41,326 nucleotides of DNA, from assembly GCA_002633005.1 (NCBI GenBank), contig NMRA01000015.1:917235-958560 (forward strand), given 5' to 3'. This document shows, piece after piece, positions 24,901-37,058 of the stretch. Both the position numbers and the translations under genes were made by a program. Numbering within the stretch: position 1 is the stretch's first letter; each line of letters opens with the position of its first letter. The stretch is from Phoronis australis (lineage: Eukaryota; Animalia; Phoronida). The notes under the pieces are model-generated. The model was not told the DNA's origin and ran no database searches. It was given only the letters and a program-made list of their open reading frames with translations.

Positions 24901-27900
24901 TCTCAGATGTACACGACAGAGCACATTTGTCTCACTGTGAGTAGATTTATGTACTTAATTATGCGCCCAATTGAAAATATTAATGTGTTCCGTTTAAAAC
25001 TGCCCAGTAATATTTTAAGAGTAGTTTTATTTGCCAAGATCCACAGTTTTTTTCTTACCCTTGTTTTAAAAAATTATCGCTAAGATACGAGTATTTTATA
25101 ATGTGTTATGTTAGTTATCTTAACAGGTAAAGTTATATGACAGCTAAGAATAACAATAACGACAAAACCACGATAGCGACTGAGTAATAAAGTAGTAACA
25201 ATAACCATATCAATAATAATATTAAAATTTTGCATAGTTCAAGAGATATTTTTTATTGGGTGATATTAAAAAGCCCAGGTGTTCTTATACCCCATCGTTG
25301 CATTTTTTAATCTTTGTGTTTATTTTGTTAGTTTCCACCGATATTAATAAAATCTCAATAGAAGGAATAAACTAATTAGACATTACAGGTATACCTCATA
25401 TTCATTTTTTCAAAATTTTCATATTGGGGTTGTAATTTAATTTGTGTTATGTTGACGTCAAGTTGTTAATTTATCATTAGATTGTGTACGTGAAATCTTT
25501 ATGAACTAATACATGAACTTACTGAAATACGACTGTGTCATAAATCTTTGTTTCAACCTGAGACACTTTTTATTAAACGTTTATCTTTTTATTGAATATT
25601 TTATCAGAAGCGCTTGTTGAAAAAGTACTGCTATTGCAAGTTTGTTGATTAAACTCGCATTCAACTTTCACGCAACTGTTTTAATTAGCTAATTAATAAG
25701 TTTAGCTTTATCTGTTGATAAAACGATCAACACGTTTTGAAGTAATCGCGAAATCCAACAAGTACGGTTCAGAAAACACTAAGGTACTTGTTACACAAGT
25801 AATCAATATAATAAATCAAGGTAATAAATTCACAGCCGTGAATATAAAATCGTCTGTAACATCTTATCATGGCCAATCTCACACCTGTGGAAGATAGGTG
25901 ACTGATATCAACGACACTACACCTGCGACATCTGGTCTCTGCTTCTCGTTACTAGGCAGCGGTGCGGAGGAGATAATATCCAGTATTTGCCTTATCTGAG
26001 TTAATTTTCAAATCTCATGGACAGCGCACGTTTAGCACACCTTTAGCGCACCTGTATTACACCGCGTGATAACATTCAACATGTTTTGTCAGAGAGCTAA
26101 CAAATCGACGAGAGTCCTAGTCCATAATTTTATCACAAGTACTCCTCTTTTGTCACGTAATTGCGAAGGATTACCGTGATAAGAGTGCGAACAGGTTTTG
26201 ATATTTAATCCGCGATGCTCTTATGTAAACAAAGTCAAGCCTTCTACTGTTTGTCGCGTTGTTTCACGTTTTTCACCTTTTTCCTCGTTATCACGCGTGG
26301 TTTTGTAGTCCATGATAACAAGGTGTGAAACTCAACACCATTAAACGATCTCATTTGTTGACTGTTAATTATTAACTGCTCCTAATCACGTGTGGATAAA
26401 CATTGATACATTTGAGGACACCGTGTATGATGTTTAACGACGCTGAACGGGAATCTCAGAGATTGGTCAGGTTGCGAATATTTGTTAGCCAGCTTAAATC
26501 TGGTGGGATAAAACAGTAAACGTTTAAAGTAAATTCCAAATTCCTATAATTATCATCTTATTGCCTCACTAGCTCAAATAGATTTTTGCGCATTCTCTGT
26601 TTCAACGTCGTTTTAAACAATCTTCATGATAAACTGGTAGACCGCGGGCGCTATGGATGTCCACAGCAAAATATAATCACCCGCTTACGTTACATTTGCC
26701 ACAAAAAGAGATTTTGGTCCAGTGCTTCTAAATGTACAAATTACTATGAAATGAAAGTGTCTCCGTTTACAACCGGTCGTTTCCATCAACATCCGCTGAC
26801 AATGATTAGCAAGGTACATAACGTTCGTTAAATATGTTTATCGTTACGACGGGGGGTACTCCGGGTGGACGTGCCCCTCACTCTGGTGGCTTTTTCACAA
26901 CCAGTTTTTCTACGAAACTGCCTTTTCCGACAATGTTTTCTACAAAAAGGTTTCACATTGCGATTTGAACTCCCAAACGGCTTCTTTTCCAACAACATAA
27001 ATATACTGAGGAAGTTTTGATATTATATTAGTATTTAAGCCTTTACTAAAAGATGTACACTATAGCATCCTTCTTGCATAGGTTCAGATTTGCCTTGGGT
27101 TGAACTTAACAGCTGTACGAGTATCACTGTGAAAAGTTAACGAGCGGTGTTTCTAAACCAAAACCGTGCGACTAATGGAGACTTTTTCATGAAGGCTTCC
27201 TGCAAATGGGTCCCTTTTTTCGAACCCATTCTCTAAATGGGTTGGTATCCCACTTCCTGTTGCATACCCACCACAAATGTTCTACTTCCTGTTGCACCCC
27301 CGTCACAAATATAGCTGAGTACCCCCATGATCGTTACGAGCCTTACTCGGTAAACACTGGCCATGTTTTACAAACTTAATCCAATAACCACGCTAGGTGT
27401 ATTTTGTGCCAGCATTTTGATTATACTCAAATCGGTTGTACAACTTAATGGACGAGACGGATCCCTTTTGGAACAACAGGGTGATTATAAGCTCTGATAA
27501 GTTGAACAAGGTTTTCTACTCTCCTCATATGGCTGGGGTTGTCATTAGGTGCAAAATGGGTGCGCTTCTGCATTACGCATTCCACAAAATAGAATTAGAG
27601 CTGTTTTACATAATTATAACTAACATTGATCCAAATAAAATGTGAGGTTTATGTGATCTAAGCTTTCGTGACAATTTGCTTCAAACTTCAGTCCTGGACT
27701 AGCAGACGCCAAAGCCGCTGTACAACTGAAATTCCACATCCGTAGCCTACTCTTACCTCTAAATACGCACCAAAATTGACCAAACTCCAATCCCGGGACC
27801 AGATGCCATGGCTTCACCTCTTAATCCGCCAACTGGAATTTAAACACATGGCAATGGAATTGTTTCCTTCCCTTGCAATTGTTGTTTCAAAATTCGGTTG

Positions 27901-30900
27901 GTGGGTATACACACTTGGAAGCTAGTCTCACGTAATAAGGGGAGGACGGTACACGAAGGTAACATAAACTGGTCTTGTATCGCCAGGACGGGTACGATAC
28001 GTGCAGAAATCCTGGCTTGAATAGAAAATGGTTCATTTTCTTCTCCAATGACATTTTCTTTTGATTCGTTTCTCAGTCGCTGGGGACTTGGGTCTAGTTT
28101 TAAAACACATCAGGCCCACGCATTTTGTGTTTTGTTTTAACTGGTCTTGCATATGGCTTTCGGAAGTTTTGGGTAAGTTGCACATAAAAAATATACAGTC
28201 GAAGGGATGTGATTTGGTTCTTACCCAATATGGCGTTATTTGCTTGGCAGGAAAAAAACACGAATAACTGTATATTTTCATATTACAATACATTAAACAT
28301 AAAACCAAGGCTATGCAGAATAAAAAATTGCAAATGGTCACATGAAAATATTTGTATTATCAGATTAGGATTTTTGGTAAGTGTAAGTGCATCTGAAAAG
28401 TTTTTGCGACAACGTGTGAGGAAATTTGAAATTCAGTGGGTCAATTTTTATAAGCAAAAGCTGTGACAAATTATTCTGCAAGTAGAATTTAGGACTTCCG
28501 CTGCAAATCCAGATTCGGAATGATCCTTCGCAAAACGTTTTCTCGAACATCAAAGCCCACACAGTATTCAACCTCGTATATTTACATCCAAACACTTTGA
28601 AAAGAAATCCTGAGAAAAGACCTGTCGACTCGCTATTACGTGTTCGTGGTTTTGTGAAATTATTTCAATACATTCAAGAGGCTGTCGACGCAATTGTGTA
28701 ATTCAATTTTATGTAAGGAACCGTGCGTCTGGTGACTTTTATTTAACCACAAAGCAATTCTCGCTGAAGCGACAGCGTTTTGAAATGAAATCAACATTGC
28801 ATACAAAATTCAAAATTATCACCAAACAGTGCTTGACAATCGGTCAAAAGGCGACTGTTGTAGCGTGAGACAGATGCTATTAGTGAATACATTGACTGCA
28901 CCTAGCGTGATTTGTATCGCGCGTTTAGTCAATGAGGTTTGCTCAACAGTGTCGAAAACGTCCGATAGATCAACATTATCGTTCAAAAATAAAACATTTA
29001 GAAGAATGTATGAACTTTGATGATGTCTTGATTGACACTTGCTACCAATAGATGGTAGATAGGCTTGCTTTGACACCGGTTGATTCCTATGCTAACTCCA
29101 CCTAATGAAATTTATACTTTATAAAAATTAAAGGCGATTTTTTGTAATAGAAATTCCAGCCTGGCTAATCCTTAAATGAGATTACTTGCATTTGTGGAGC
29201 GAATTGTCATAATTTCTCCAACTCATTGATTTGGCCATCAGTTTAGTTGTACGAGGACTTGGAACGTAACTCAGTGCCCACCCAAGTTGTATCACTGTGA
29301 GTTGAGCCATGTCAGGTGAGACCGACTGAGAGTGCTACTTGGATAATTGCGTCGTATTACAGTCTCCACGTCGACACTTCGTATTTCATAACTTTGATGA
29401 AATACAAAATAAAGCGAGAATGCCCAGTCAAGGGCTTTTGAACGACGCCTAAAATCTAATTACTTTTTCATATTCACATCGATTGCGTCCGGGATACTCA
29501 GTCAGATGTCTGAACTGAGATGAACAGTGGGACAATCAAGCATAATATTGTTTTATAAAATTAGATAATGTATTTGGAATAAATAATGTAATCCCAAAGA
29601 GCGGAATGTTTTATGTCTGGGCGTAACAAATTGCCCTGACTGATGAGACCCTGAAAATGTTTGCACTTTATTTATATGTTGAGGTGTTTTGTTTCAGTCT
29701 CTCAGCCGTGGTTATTGCCTCCGACAAGTCCTTTAATCCCGCCGCCGGCACACTCCACTCACCTGCCCGGCCACCCTCTCCATCCCTTCCCTGGACACTA
29801 TGAACACAGGGCACACGGGTTACATTCGCACAGAATAGCACCCTACCCGACTGCCCCACAAAGAAGGTCGCCAAACGAAGGTAAGTGTGACGGGATTTTT
29901 GGATGGACAGATTCCCCTTGACAGACGAAAATACAAGATTGATGAAGTCCAGACCAAGACCCTAAGTTTCGTTACATCTTGTTTTCTCCAATGAATAACG
30001 AACTGGTTCACAATATCTGTGGCACCTGTAACTGTTGCCCTTTTATGTTGCTTCAATGGAGTGGATTGTCTCACGTGTTTGCCCATTGCCAGACCCTCTC
30101 TGCCGTGATAGGCTATAGTTTGGATATCAGTAAAGGAACATCAATAGTAGCGTTCTTTGGCAATTTGTACTTCTGAAATTACAGTTTGAGTTAAAATGAA
30201 ATTTTGTCTTTAAATTACCACTTCTCCCCACGAAGACTCAATAAAACATAAGGAAATGAAAGGTTTATTAGCAATAACTTGCGAAATAATGTCCGACAAT
30301 GTTCCTTCATTGCTGCCAGTTTTATTATAATGGCGACCGAAAGTGAATTAATGCTCACATCCATTGAGTAACTTCTTACCAGACAAACACGTCTACTAGA
30401 TGTGGGTAACACATCAAATAGCGATTTACTGCCATAGACACCAAAACAGGGACTCTGTGTCGGCGGTTTCTCTTTAAAAATCGAACACAACTATATTTGG
30501 CGAAATCGTTTTTTCAAACCATTATTTTTACTGTTTAATTTCAGAAATTTGAAAATTTGTTTTCAAATACATAACTGGCACTGACAGTATTTACATCTGA
30601 GTCAGTATACGAATTTTGTATGCTAGAAAAGTTGGTGCTAATTTCTTAACATAAATGATAATATAAGTACATAGAGTTTAATTATTTTCAGGTGAATTAT
30701 TATCTATTCCTTCCATAACTATGTATTTAACAGGGTACCCTCGAGATGCCGCGTCAATGCTCGGCGACAGTCATTGGCCTCACGTGCCGCATTCGACCGC
30801 CATGACTCACTCCACTTCTGGGTACGCATTGTGGCCAGTCCCGCCAGCCAACGTGACTCGTGCTGTGATCTCACCTTACTTTAGGCCCACGTATACTTTC

Positions 30901-31032
30901 CCCTCAGCTACCGTCGCGCCACCTAGTGGTCACAACGACTGCGCTCTGTACGACAACCAGCATCACCATCATCACCATCATCTTGTCACCAGCGGAGCTG
31001 CCTGGAGTCCGTTGACGCCACCAGCCACGTGA
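18680..31032 (+). CDS. TBXT: Brachyury (T-box transcription factor T), spliced: join(18680..18939,20227..20491,22454..22594,23936..23997,24881..24936,29698..29880,30734..31032); 1266 nt, 421 aa
   Basis: Continuous T-box from [23 protein letters not shown] to [15 protein letters not shown]. Carries the Brachyury-diagnostic Lys in KLTNK (most other T-box classes have KLTNN), DAKER after the box, an HRxxPYP motif and C-terminal WSPLTPP. All six introns are GT-AG with phases 2,0,0,2,1,1, giving one open frame. Confidence 0.95.
20227..20491 (+). CDS. TBXT: Brachyury coding exon 2 (T-box core)
   Basis: cgcAG acceptor. Translates (R)[88 protein letters not shown]. GTatg donor at 20492; 265 bp. Confidence 0.97.
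22007..22203 (+). repeat. Dispersed repeat family R1 copy in Brachyury intron 2
   Basis: tgatataaat..tgaaatctcaaaaacg.tgt.acagttt and gtgaag...aattcct..agcgttttggagaac shared with 17990-18185. Confidence 0.7.
22454..22594 (+). CDS. TBXT: Brachyury coding exon 3 (T-box)
   Basis: tttcAG acceptor. Translates [47 protein letters not shown]. GTaaga donor at 22595. Confidence 0.97.
23936..23997 (+). CDS. TBXT: Brachyury coding exon 4 (end of T-box), 62 bp, not in ORF track
   Basis: tttcAG acceptor. Translates [20 protein letters not shown](R). GTttgt donor at 23998, phase 2. Confidence 0.95.
24066..24572 (+). mobile_element. tRNA-derived SINE in Brachyury intron 4 with tandemly amplified head
   Basis: A-box-like cggctcactgg (about 24070) and B-box/T-arm-like gcgagtccaatcgc. 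Body motifs ctgagcaagacac (CORE-like), ataaatgagta and gtggactggcgtc..gggg. Ends ttactttt. Confidence 0.65.
24086..24363. repeat. 71-bp tandem repeat, about 3.9 near-identical copies
   Basis: Units start at 24086, 24157, 24228 and 24299 (gtc..gtgtattctcacgtgtaagcatgcgagtccaatcgcaggctgtcgctatcatatacttgtgagata). Confidence 0.97.
24881..24936 (+). CDS. TBXT: Brachyury coding exon 5, 56 bp, correct frame not in ORF track
   Basis: tttttcatttacAG acceptor and GTgagt donor (24937). Translates (R)[18 protein letters not shown]. Its phase 2 to phase 1 transition is what is needed to join exon 4 to exon 6 in frame, and it resembles the post-T-box 'RSDHKD..' segment. Confidence 0.8.
25860..26400. promoter_or_regulatory. 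Candidate intronic enhancer (T-box half-sites, GATA, CACCTG E-boxes, Fox) in Brachyury intron 5
   Basis: TCACACCT 25879-25886, AGGTGTGAAA 26321-26330 and several near-matches. About seven GATAA/TTATC sites, three CACCTG, and TGTAAACA near 26224. Confidence 0.4.
26850..27329. mobile_element. 480-bp non-autonomous DNA transposon (MITE) with perfect 10-bp TSD, in Brachyury intron 5
   Basis: TIR core GGGGGTACTC / GAGTACCCCC. Flanking direct repeat ATCGTTACGA at 26840-26849 and 27330-27339. Confidence 0.88.
29698..29880 (+). CDS. TBXT: Brachyury coding exon 6 (Pro/His-rich, HRIAPYP motif)
   Basis: ttttgtttcAG acceptor. Translates (F)[60 protein letters not shown](G). Strong AG|GTaagt donor at 29881; locally raised GC. 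Confidence 0.88.
30734..31032 (+). CDS. TBXT: Brachyury terminal coding exon
   Basis: tttaacAG acceptor, phase 1. Translates (G)[18 protein letters not shown]...[29 protein letters not shown] at 31030-31032. WSPLTPP matches the Brachyury C-terminal motif. Confidence 0.9.
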
Positions 31033-32320
31033 CCATGACAGCATTCTCTTTTTTATCTGTTTAACAGCATCAAGTGATCTAATCTCGTCATTGAAGGCTT
31101 TGTATGAAGAACAGTTTGCAGTAACACCGTTTCTGTTGTGACACGATAACTTAAAAGTTTGACGTTCAGTTACACAACACGAACGATGTTCAGTGATCTT
31201 TCGACCTTTATAGCCACGTAAAATTGAGTACGAAGTCGGATGCATTTGACAGTTCAACGATTCGTGTGTTAAAACATTCCGAAATCTTCGATAATTTTGT
31301 TGCTTGTCAATTTTTCGAATGTCACTTTCAAAGCTGTCAGTCCTCAACAGGTTGCTGTTATTATTGTCATGTTGTATTGGACTGTCCAGATTGCCCGAAA
31401 AATGATTGATTTGAATTCTCAAACGCAAACAGTAAGTGAAGTGACCTTTTCGTGACATATTGTTTCACCGCGAGGAAAGCAGCAAACAAAAAGCGACCGA
31501 CTAACAGCAGTTAGAATATTCACCGGTGCGGTAAAAATATTTGCTACCACGGGTACCAGGGTAATACTGAGTAGTACAAAAATGCATTCATTGAGTATTC
31601 TAGCAGAGAGGTAAACGAAAGGCAGGCAATAACAGTTCATTACATTTGACATTTTATGACTTCAGTATCGCCAAAACGATGTTTTTAACATTCACGCGAA
31701 CTAATTTACATGGCTTATCGTTTGATGTAGCGGGCTTTAAAATGAGTATGGGTTTTGGTTTAAATATTTTACGTGCTGAATTACGTTTCTAGAATTGTTT
31801 AGACTTTTAGCAGAATGAATGATTTCACGTTACGCAACCCATTCAGCAATCAAGCTGATCGGTTTGCAATACAAACTGACGAACACAGTTCTGCGTCCGG
31901 AGAGATGTAAACGGTGTAACTGATAGTCAATCCACTGTACATGTATATATGTAAACCGTAATGTGTATCACTTGATGGGGTTTAAGTGCATAAAATGATT
32001 TCTTTTTTATCTTTCCGGTCTTGCCATTCATTCGATTTTTGAATAGACTTTGAAGTAAGCAAACCACCAGAGGTTTTATGTTTTAAGCATAAATTATTTA
32101 TTACGAAATTTATTTTAAATTCTTATATATCGACATAGTTATTTGTATATTGGTAACTCCTTATTAACACCTCTTAGGAAACTTACTATATGTAAATGTT
32201 TACTTGTGTAAATATTGTTAAAATTTGTAAATGTTTACATGCAACAAAAGTGATCTCACTCGAAACAGCGTGTTTTTTATTATTGTACATTTCTATTTAT
32301 TGTCATACATATTTTATTTG
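31033..32320 (+). other. Probable Brachyury 3' UTR (end uncertain)
   Basis: Follows the stop codon. Its distal part is U-rich with TGTA-N-AT motifs (TGTATATA 31942-31949, TGTAAATA 32207-32214). I saw no clear AATAAA, so the end is a guess. Confidence 0.45.
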
Positions 32321-32914
32321 TTGATAACATTCTGAAGGTATACATATGAAAGGTGACACCAAGCCGTGAAGTGGTTCTCTTTAACTTCGTATTTATATTT
32401 GAAGAAATAAGAAGTTATCACGGACTTGTATAAAGTACAAGGCACCACGATGGACACAGCCTGCTCCTCTATTTTATGTGGTTCTGTTTTACCACCCATA
32501 TACCCAGAGAACTCTGTACCATATACCCAATGGGAAACATATATTTTATGTTCGACATGTCTCCTGCAATAATATGAGTGCACTCTAAAAACTGTTTCCG
32601 GAGATGTTAGGAGACTGGATGTAAGCGAAGTTACACTATGGGCTAAAAAGACACTTGTGCCACCTGAGAAGCGTAACAATTATTTAAGTCTTTATCGATG
32701 ACATGTCCAACATAATCGTTTCTATTGCTCTCCTATTGATGGTATATTGACAACAAGTTGCTGTGATTACATAATAATTACCAATCAATTTATTCGCTAA
32801 TTATTTCAGCTGGGCTCAAATCGATCTATTTGTTTTCTTTTAAGGTTACGCAGATAATTGTTGGTTCAAGGTTGTGTATTCAGCCACATTTCTGTAAAAC
32901 TATAGAAACTGATT

Positions 32915-33105
32915 CTAGAAAAGTACATATTTTCAGAAAGTAGAAGGCATGGAGATTTTAATTTTTAAATTCATACCAAACTGTAATTGGGTAACGTGAC
33001 CATCTCTTTTTAATAAAATATCCACAAAATGTCAGTAACATAGTCGAATTTTATTTGACATAAATGTTCAAGATGGAATCTTAAAAAAACTGTTACAGTT
33101 TTCAC
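32915..33105 (+). repeat. Dispersed repeat family R1 copy downstream of Brachyury
   Basis: aattgggt.acgtgaccat.tct and cgaatttt.tttga.ataaatgtt..gatg.aatct..tgttacagttt shared with 17925-18060. Confidence 0.7.
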
Positions 33106-36100
33106 CTTTTTCTAGAGTCTAACTTAAACTTAAAGGACAATTTTGATTGGTATTGATAACAAAATGAGTACATGGTTCTGTTAAAGGTGGAATATTTACA
33201 ATGTATAATGTACTAAAGAGTTGATTGAAAACGTGAAAATTAAATTGTTTAACCTCATCGTTTTACGGCCGAAAAACGCATATCGGGAATTATTTTTAGA
33301 TGGGATGGACTTTTTTCAACTTTAAGCTTTGATCAGATCTATAAAACAAGAAAATCCGCTGTGTTTTTGTAGTTTTAGTGGAAATCGTTCATGTCTGCCA
33401 GGCATTTGCTAACATCAACGTCAGTGCCCTTACTGGTTAAATACGCTCGTCAGCAGACTGTTCCAGGTCATGTAGTGAGAGCATAGTTTGAAAACACATT
33501 TTGGCTTAACTGGCTTAGTTTGCATTAACATTCGTTCCAGGAATTTTTGATTGAAATAACTAAGTGAAAAGGGTATCTTTAATTTTCAAGAAATACAAAA
33601 CCAGTAACTTAGTTATGGCAATGGAACTGGTAGCAAATAATACAAATTAAAATTCTTTTTCTTTTTCGATCAGACTGTTGGCGATTGCGTGAAGTTGTAC
33701 CACAACGTCGATGTATGCAAATAGCACAGACTCTAACTTAACGGTTCAATGTCACCACGTCGTTTGAAACAGTATGCCTACCCTCCCAACATAAAACAAA
33801 CTGTTAAATCAAAATTGTAACATAACAACCTGTGGCGGAGATAACAGTTAGCTGTTACATTCAGTTAATTGGTCGACGTATTCACACCTGAGAAACACAC
33901 AAATACGTGTTGACTTAGATTAACTCTGCCTTCCATATACACTATAATGGGTCGACTCAAATTCAAAACCACACGTGAATACGCTAACCAATGCACATAT
34001 TTGACTAGTCGGTGACATGAAAAACATATTTCATTCGACACAAACAAGTCAGCTAAGACGTGCTATCCACAAGAGAACCCAGTCGCGGCTCTATCGCACA
34101 TTCGTTTACATTCCAAACATGTGCTCTCTCTGGTCACAGACACTTTATTGCATGACGTCACGTAGGGATAAATATTACCTTTTCTTGTACATTGTTCATT
34201 GAAAGTGAATAATTTTCAAGCAGAACGTAGAGCAAATTTCAATATACATAAATGATTCGCTTCTGTGTGAGATTACGTAACCACGGAGGTGGTGTATTTA
34301 CTGAACGCAAATGAAAAATGTTACCGACTGCAAAAATCCCCGTTTGTAGACTATTTCACCTTGCTCAATTGACTGCAACGTTTGATTGTCCCACAGGCAC
34401 TGAGGCTGTTGCGTATAGGGTAATTAATACGCATTATTTGTCTGTCAAATTTAACAATACCCTTACATTCGGTTAATAATCCCACAGTATTCTGTTTTCT
34501 TTTCACAGTGTATCGATAGAAAGTAAAGCCTTCAACGCCTCTCTTCGGAAAGTTTGGAAAACAAACCGCGCGTGCTCACTTAACACGGTTTCGATAAAGA
34601 TTACAGCTTATAGGTGAAACCGACACCACGTCATTTCAATACACATTCAACGTCAAACTCAATATGCAATAGAACATATCTATATGTTATTAAAACTAGC
34701 GTATCTTTGTTTATACTAACGTGTTTAGTCTAGTTATCACTGAATGCTCTCAATTTGTATGAGAGATTCTTACGTAACCACATTGATTAGGAAAAACAAT
34801 GCCTGTTTGGATTTGAATAGTCTTTTGTTATTTCTCCTTAAATATTTAATGCAGCTACACGCCGTGTGGGTCTGGGAATGCCCGGGCCATTTTCAATGGA
34901 CTGTTTACCTTAAAGTACACTCTTTCACGTGATGTTGATGTGTTTTCAGTATACTTTACAACACCTGTTATAAGCGAGAATCAGATTCCGATATCGTACT
35001 GGTTTGGTCGTGCATGCGGGCTGTTTTCCTAATGCGACAATAGCACAAGGATAAAAGCATAGGACACAATTCACCTCAGGAATTCACAAATGTGACTATT
35101 GCGGGTGGACCGCACGCATCGCCTTTATTTATCATTTCATTTGTGTTACGAGATTCGCGTTTAGAATTGGGTCATAGTGAAGGCATAATTTGATACGAGT
35201 AAAACTGTGTAAATGGCACATTACGACAATAAAAAATAAAGATTTTGGCAACGTGGAATCAATTTTATAACTACTACCTGATGAAATGTGTTCCTGTGGA
35301 AATTTGATAGCTCAATACTTGATTCAGGGAACAAAGAGTACGACTCAGAGTTCTGGAAGGGGAACCACAACTGAAATGAGTGATTCCCGAGCAAATATAT
35401 GTGTCCCTGAGCGGCACGAGAAAAGATATTTCCTAAATAAAAACACGTACAGAACAGAGCTATTTTAATTGACCCATTTAGAGTCAAAATTTGAACGCTT
35501 TAATTTTTAGCCACATTGGCGCGATTTTATTGTGAACTCTGTGTTGTGAGGAGAGGAAATTTCACAGTGCGCATGCGTCTCTTTTGGATGCATACAAGTC
35601 TGAATATCTTTTCCCTGTCTTCTCCATTCTTGTTATCAGATTATCAGCATCTTTTCATTTTCTGATGATGTCCGTTCTCCAATTTCACTTGAAAGTTGCA
35701 TAATGTCCAGTCTCGTTCGCGTATGGTGATTCCTGGGCAATTCGTGTTTTAACGGAGAATTTGCTTATTATTAACAACAAAAAAGATAAAAATCAATTAG
35801 GCGTTACGGCAAAACTTTCCATGAACGAACGTTTCTCTTAGGAACTGTCAATAATGATCTCTGAAAGTTGTTCATGAATGAACAGGAGTGACCGCTCTGT
35901 TTCATCATGTCTTAACTATAATAACCCGGACGACGACATACTGCACGGATACATAAGCTGATACAGTGGGATCAGTTGGTCCCACATCCTCGGTCACTTT
36001 TCACAGTTACCAATGTATTAAGACATACACAAATACATAATACTATAAAATTTAGCCCGGAAATCGCAGTCAGCATTATATCCGGGCTTTAGGCAATGAG

Positions 36101-36907
36101 TAATAGGAATTTTGAACTGTTATCATTACATACAACAACAAGAGAAAAGAGAAAAGTGTAAAGTGACATAGATTTACAACAAATTAATACAAAAACAGAC
36201 TATGATAAACAAATGATGTGACAGATTTAAGAAGAATAAGATTAATTTCAACACTGAAATTACTAGAATCATTAATGAGGATACTGGCGTTGTCTCGGCC
36301 ACTTTTGTATTACTTAAATGAAACCGTTCCTCTGTGATCATGGGTCACGGATTAGTGCTTGTAATAGCAATAAAAACGATGGAACCACAGCGATGTAATT
36401 ATATTTATTATCTTTTTCACTGTTCATCGTTTATGATTAACAAACAAGTCAGCTTCATTACCTATTTTGCGACACCATCACATAACTTCTACAAGAGATT
36501 CAAATTACAAAAATATTGAAAGTTCTATTGTATGGTATTGAGTATTACAGTAAGACATTCCGTTTCACATTCCGTGTCGAATGTTTTCATTTACTCTGCA
36601 ATCACCACAATGTCGAGTTGTGAAAAACCCTATAGACCTGCGTTCTCCCCAAGAAGCGATCTTTACGCTGCTTACCTTCATGAAATTGGTCTCAATTTAT
36701 TCCTTAGTCTATACATGTAAGAAGCGATTTCTGGGTTTGTAGAGATCTCAGTTCGTTATTCCCGGGCGCATAAAATGACCTGTCGTGAACAGCTGACTGC
36801 TAGAGTCCGGTTTCAAGCAATAAAAAAGTGACAGTTTACTCTGGAAGCCCTTAAATTACTGCTAATTTGACAAAAGAACAATTTGAAGCCAATTTCATGA
36901 GACTAGG

Positions 36908-37058
36908 CAGTGGCGGATTTAGAGCGGGGCCATGGCCTCTCTAAAATTCTCTCAGATTCCATTTGGCAGTTCGGGAGTGCAAATGTGTGACGGTCAAAAT
37001 CTTGGCTAGTACTCTGCCGGTCAAAATCTTGGCTAGTANAATCTTGGATTCGCCCCTG
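36908..37058. mobile_element. 151-bp MITE (CAGTGGCGGAT...ATTCGCCCCTG)
   Basis: Imperfect TIRs flanked by CTAGG (36903-36907) and CTAGG (37059-37063). Internal tandem duplication of ggtcaaaatcttggctagta next to an N at 37039. Confidence 0.75.

Noticed and set aside
24847-25083. 78-aa ORF over exon 5
   Set aside because: Wrong frame. The spliced exon 24881-24936 reads PEHRDLFSD in a different frame.
30904-31458. 184-aa antisense ORF, the longest in the track
   Set aside because: It overlaps the Brachyury last exon and UTR on the opposite strand, has a non-ATG start and no recognisable domain. Its MMVMMVM run just mirrors the His codons.
36992-37047. Tandem duplication inside a MITE
   Set aside because: It sits next to an ambiguous base (N at 37039) and may be an assembly artefact, so it is not interpreted.
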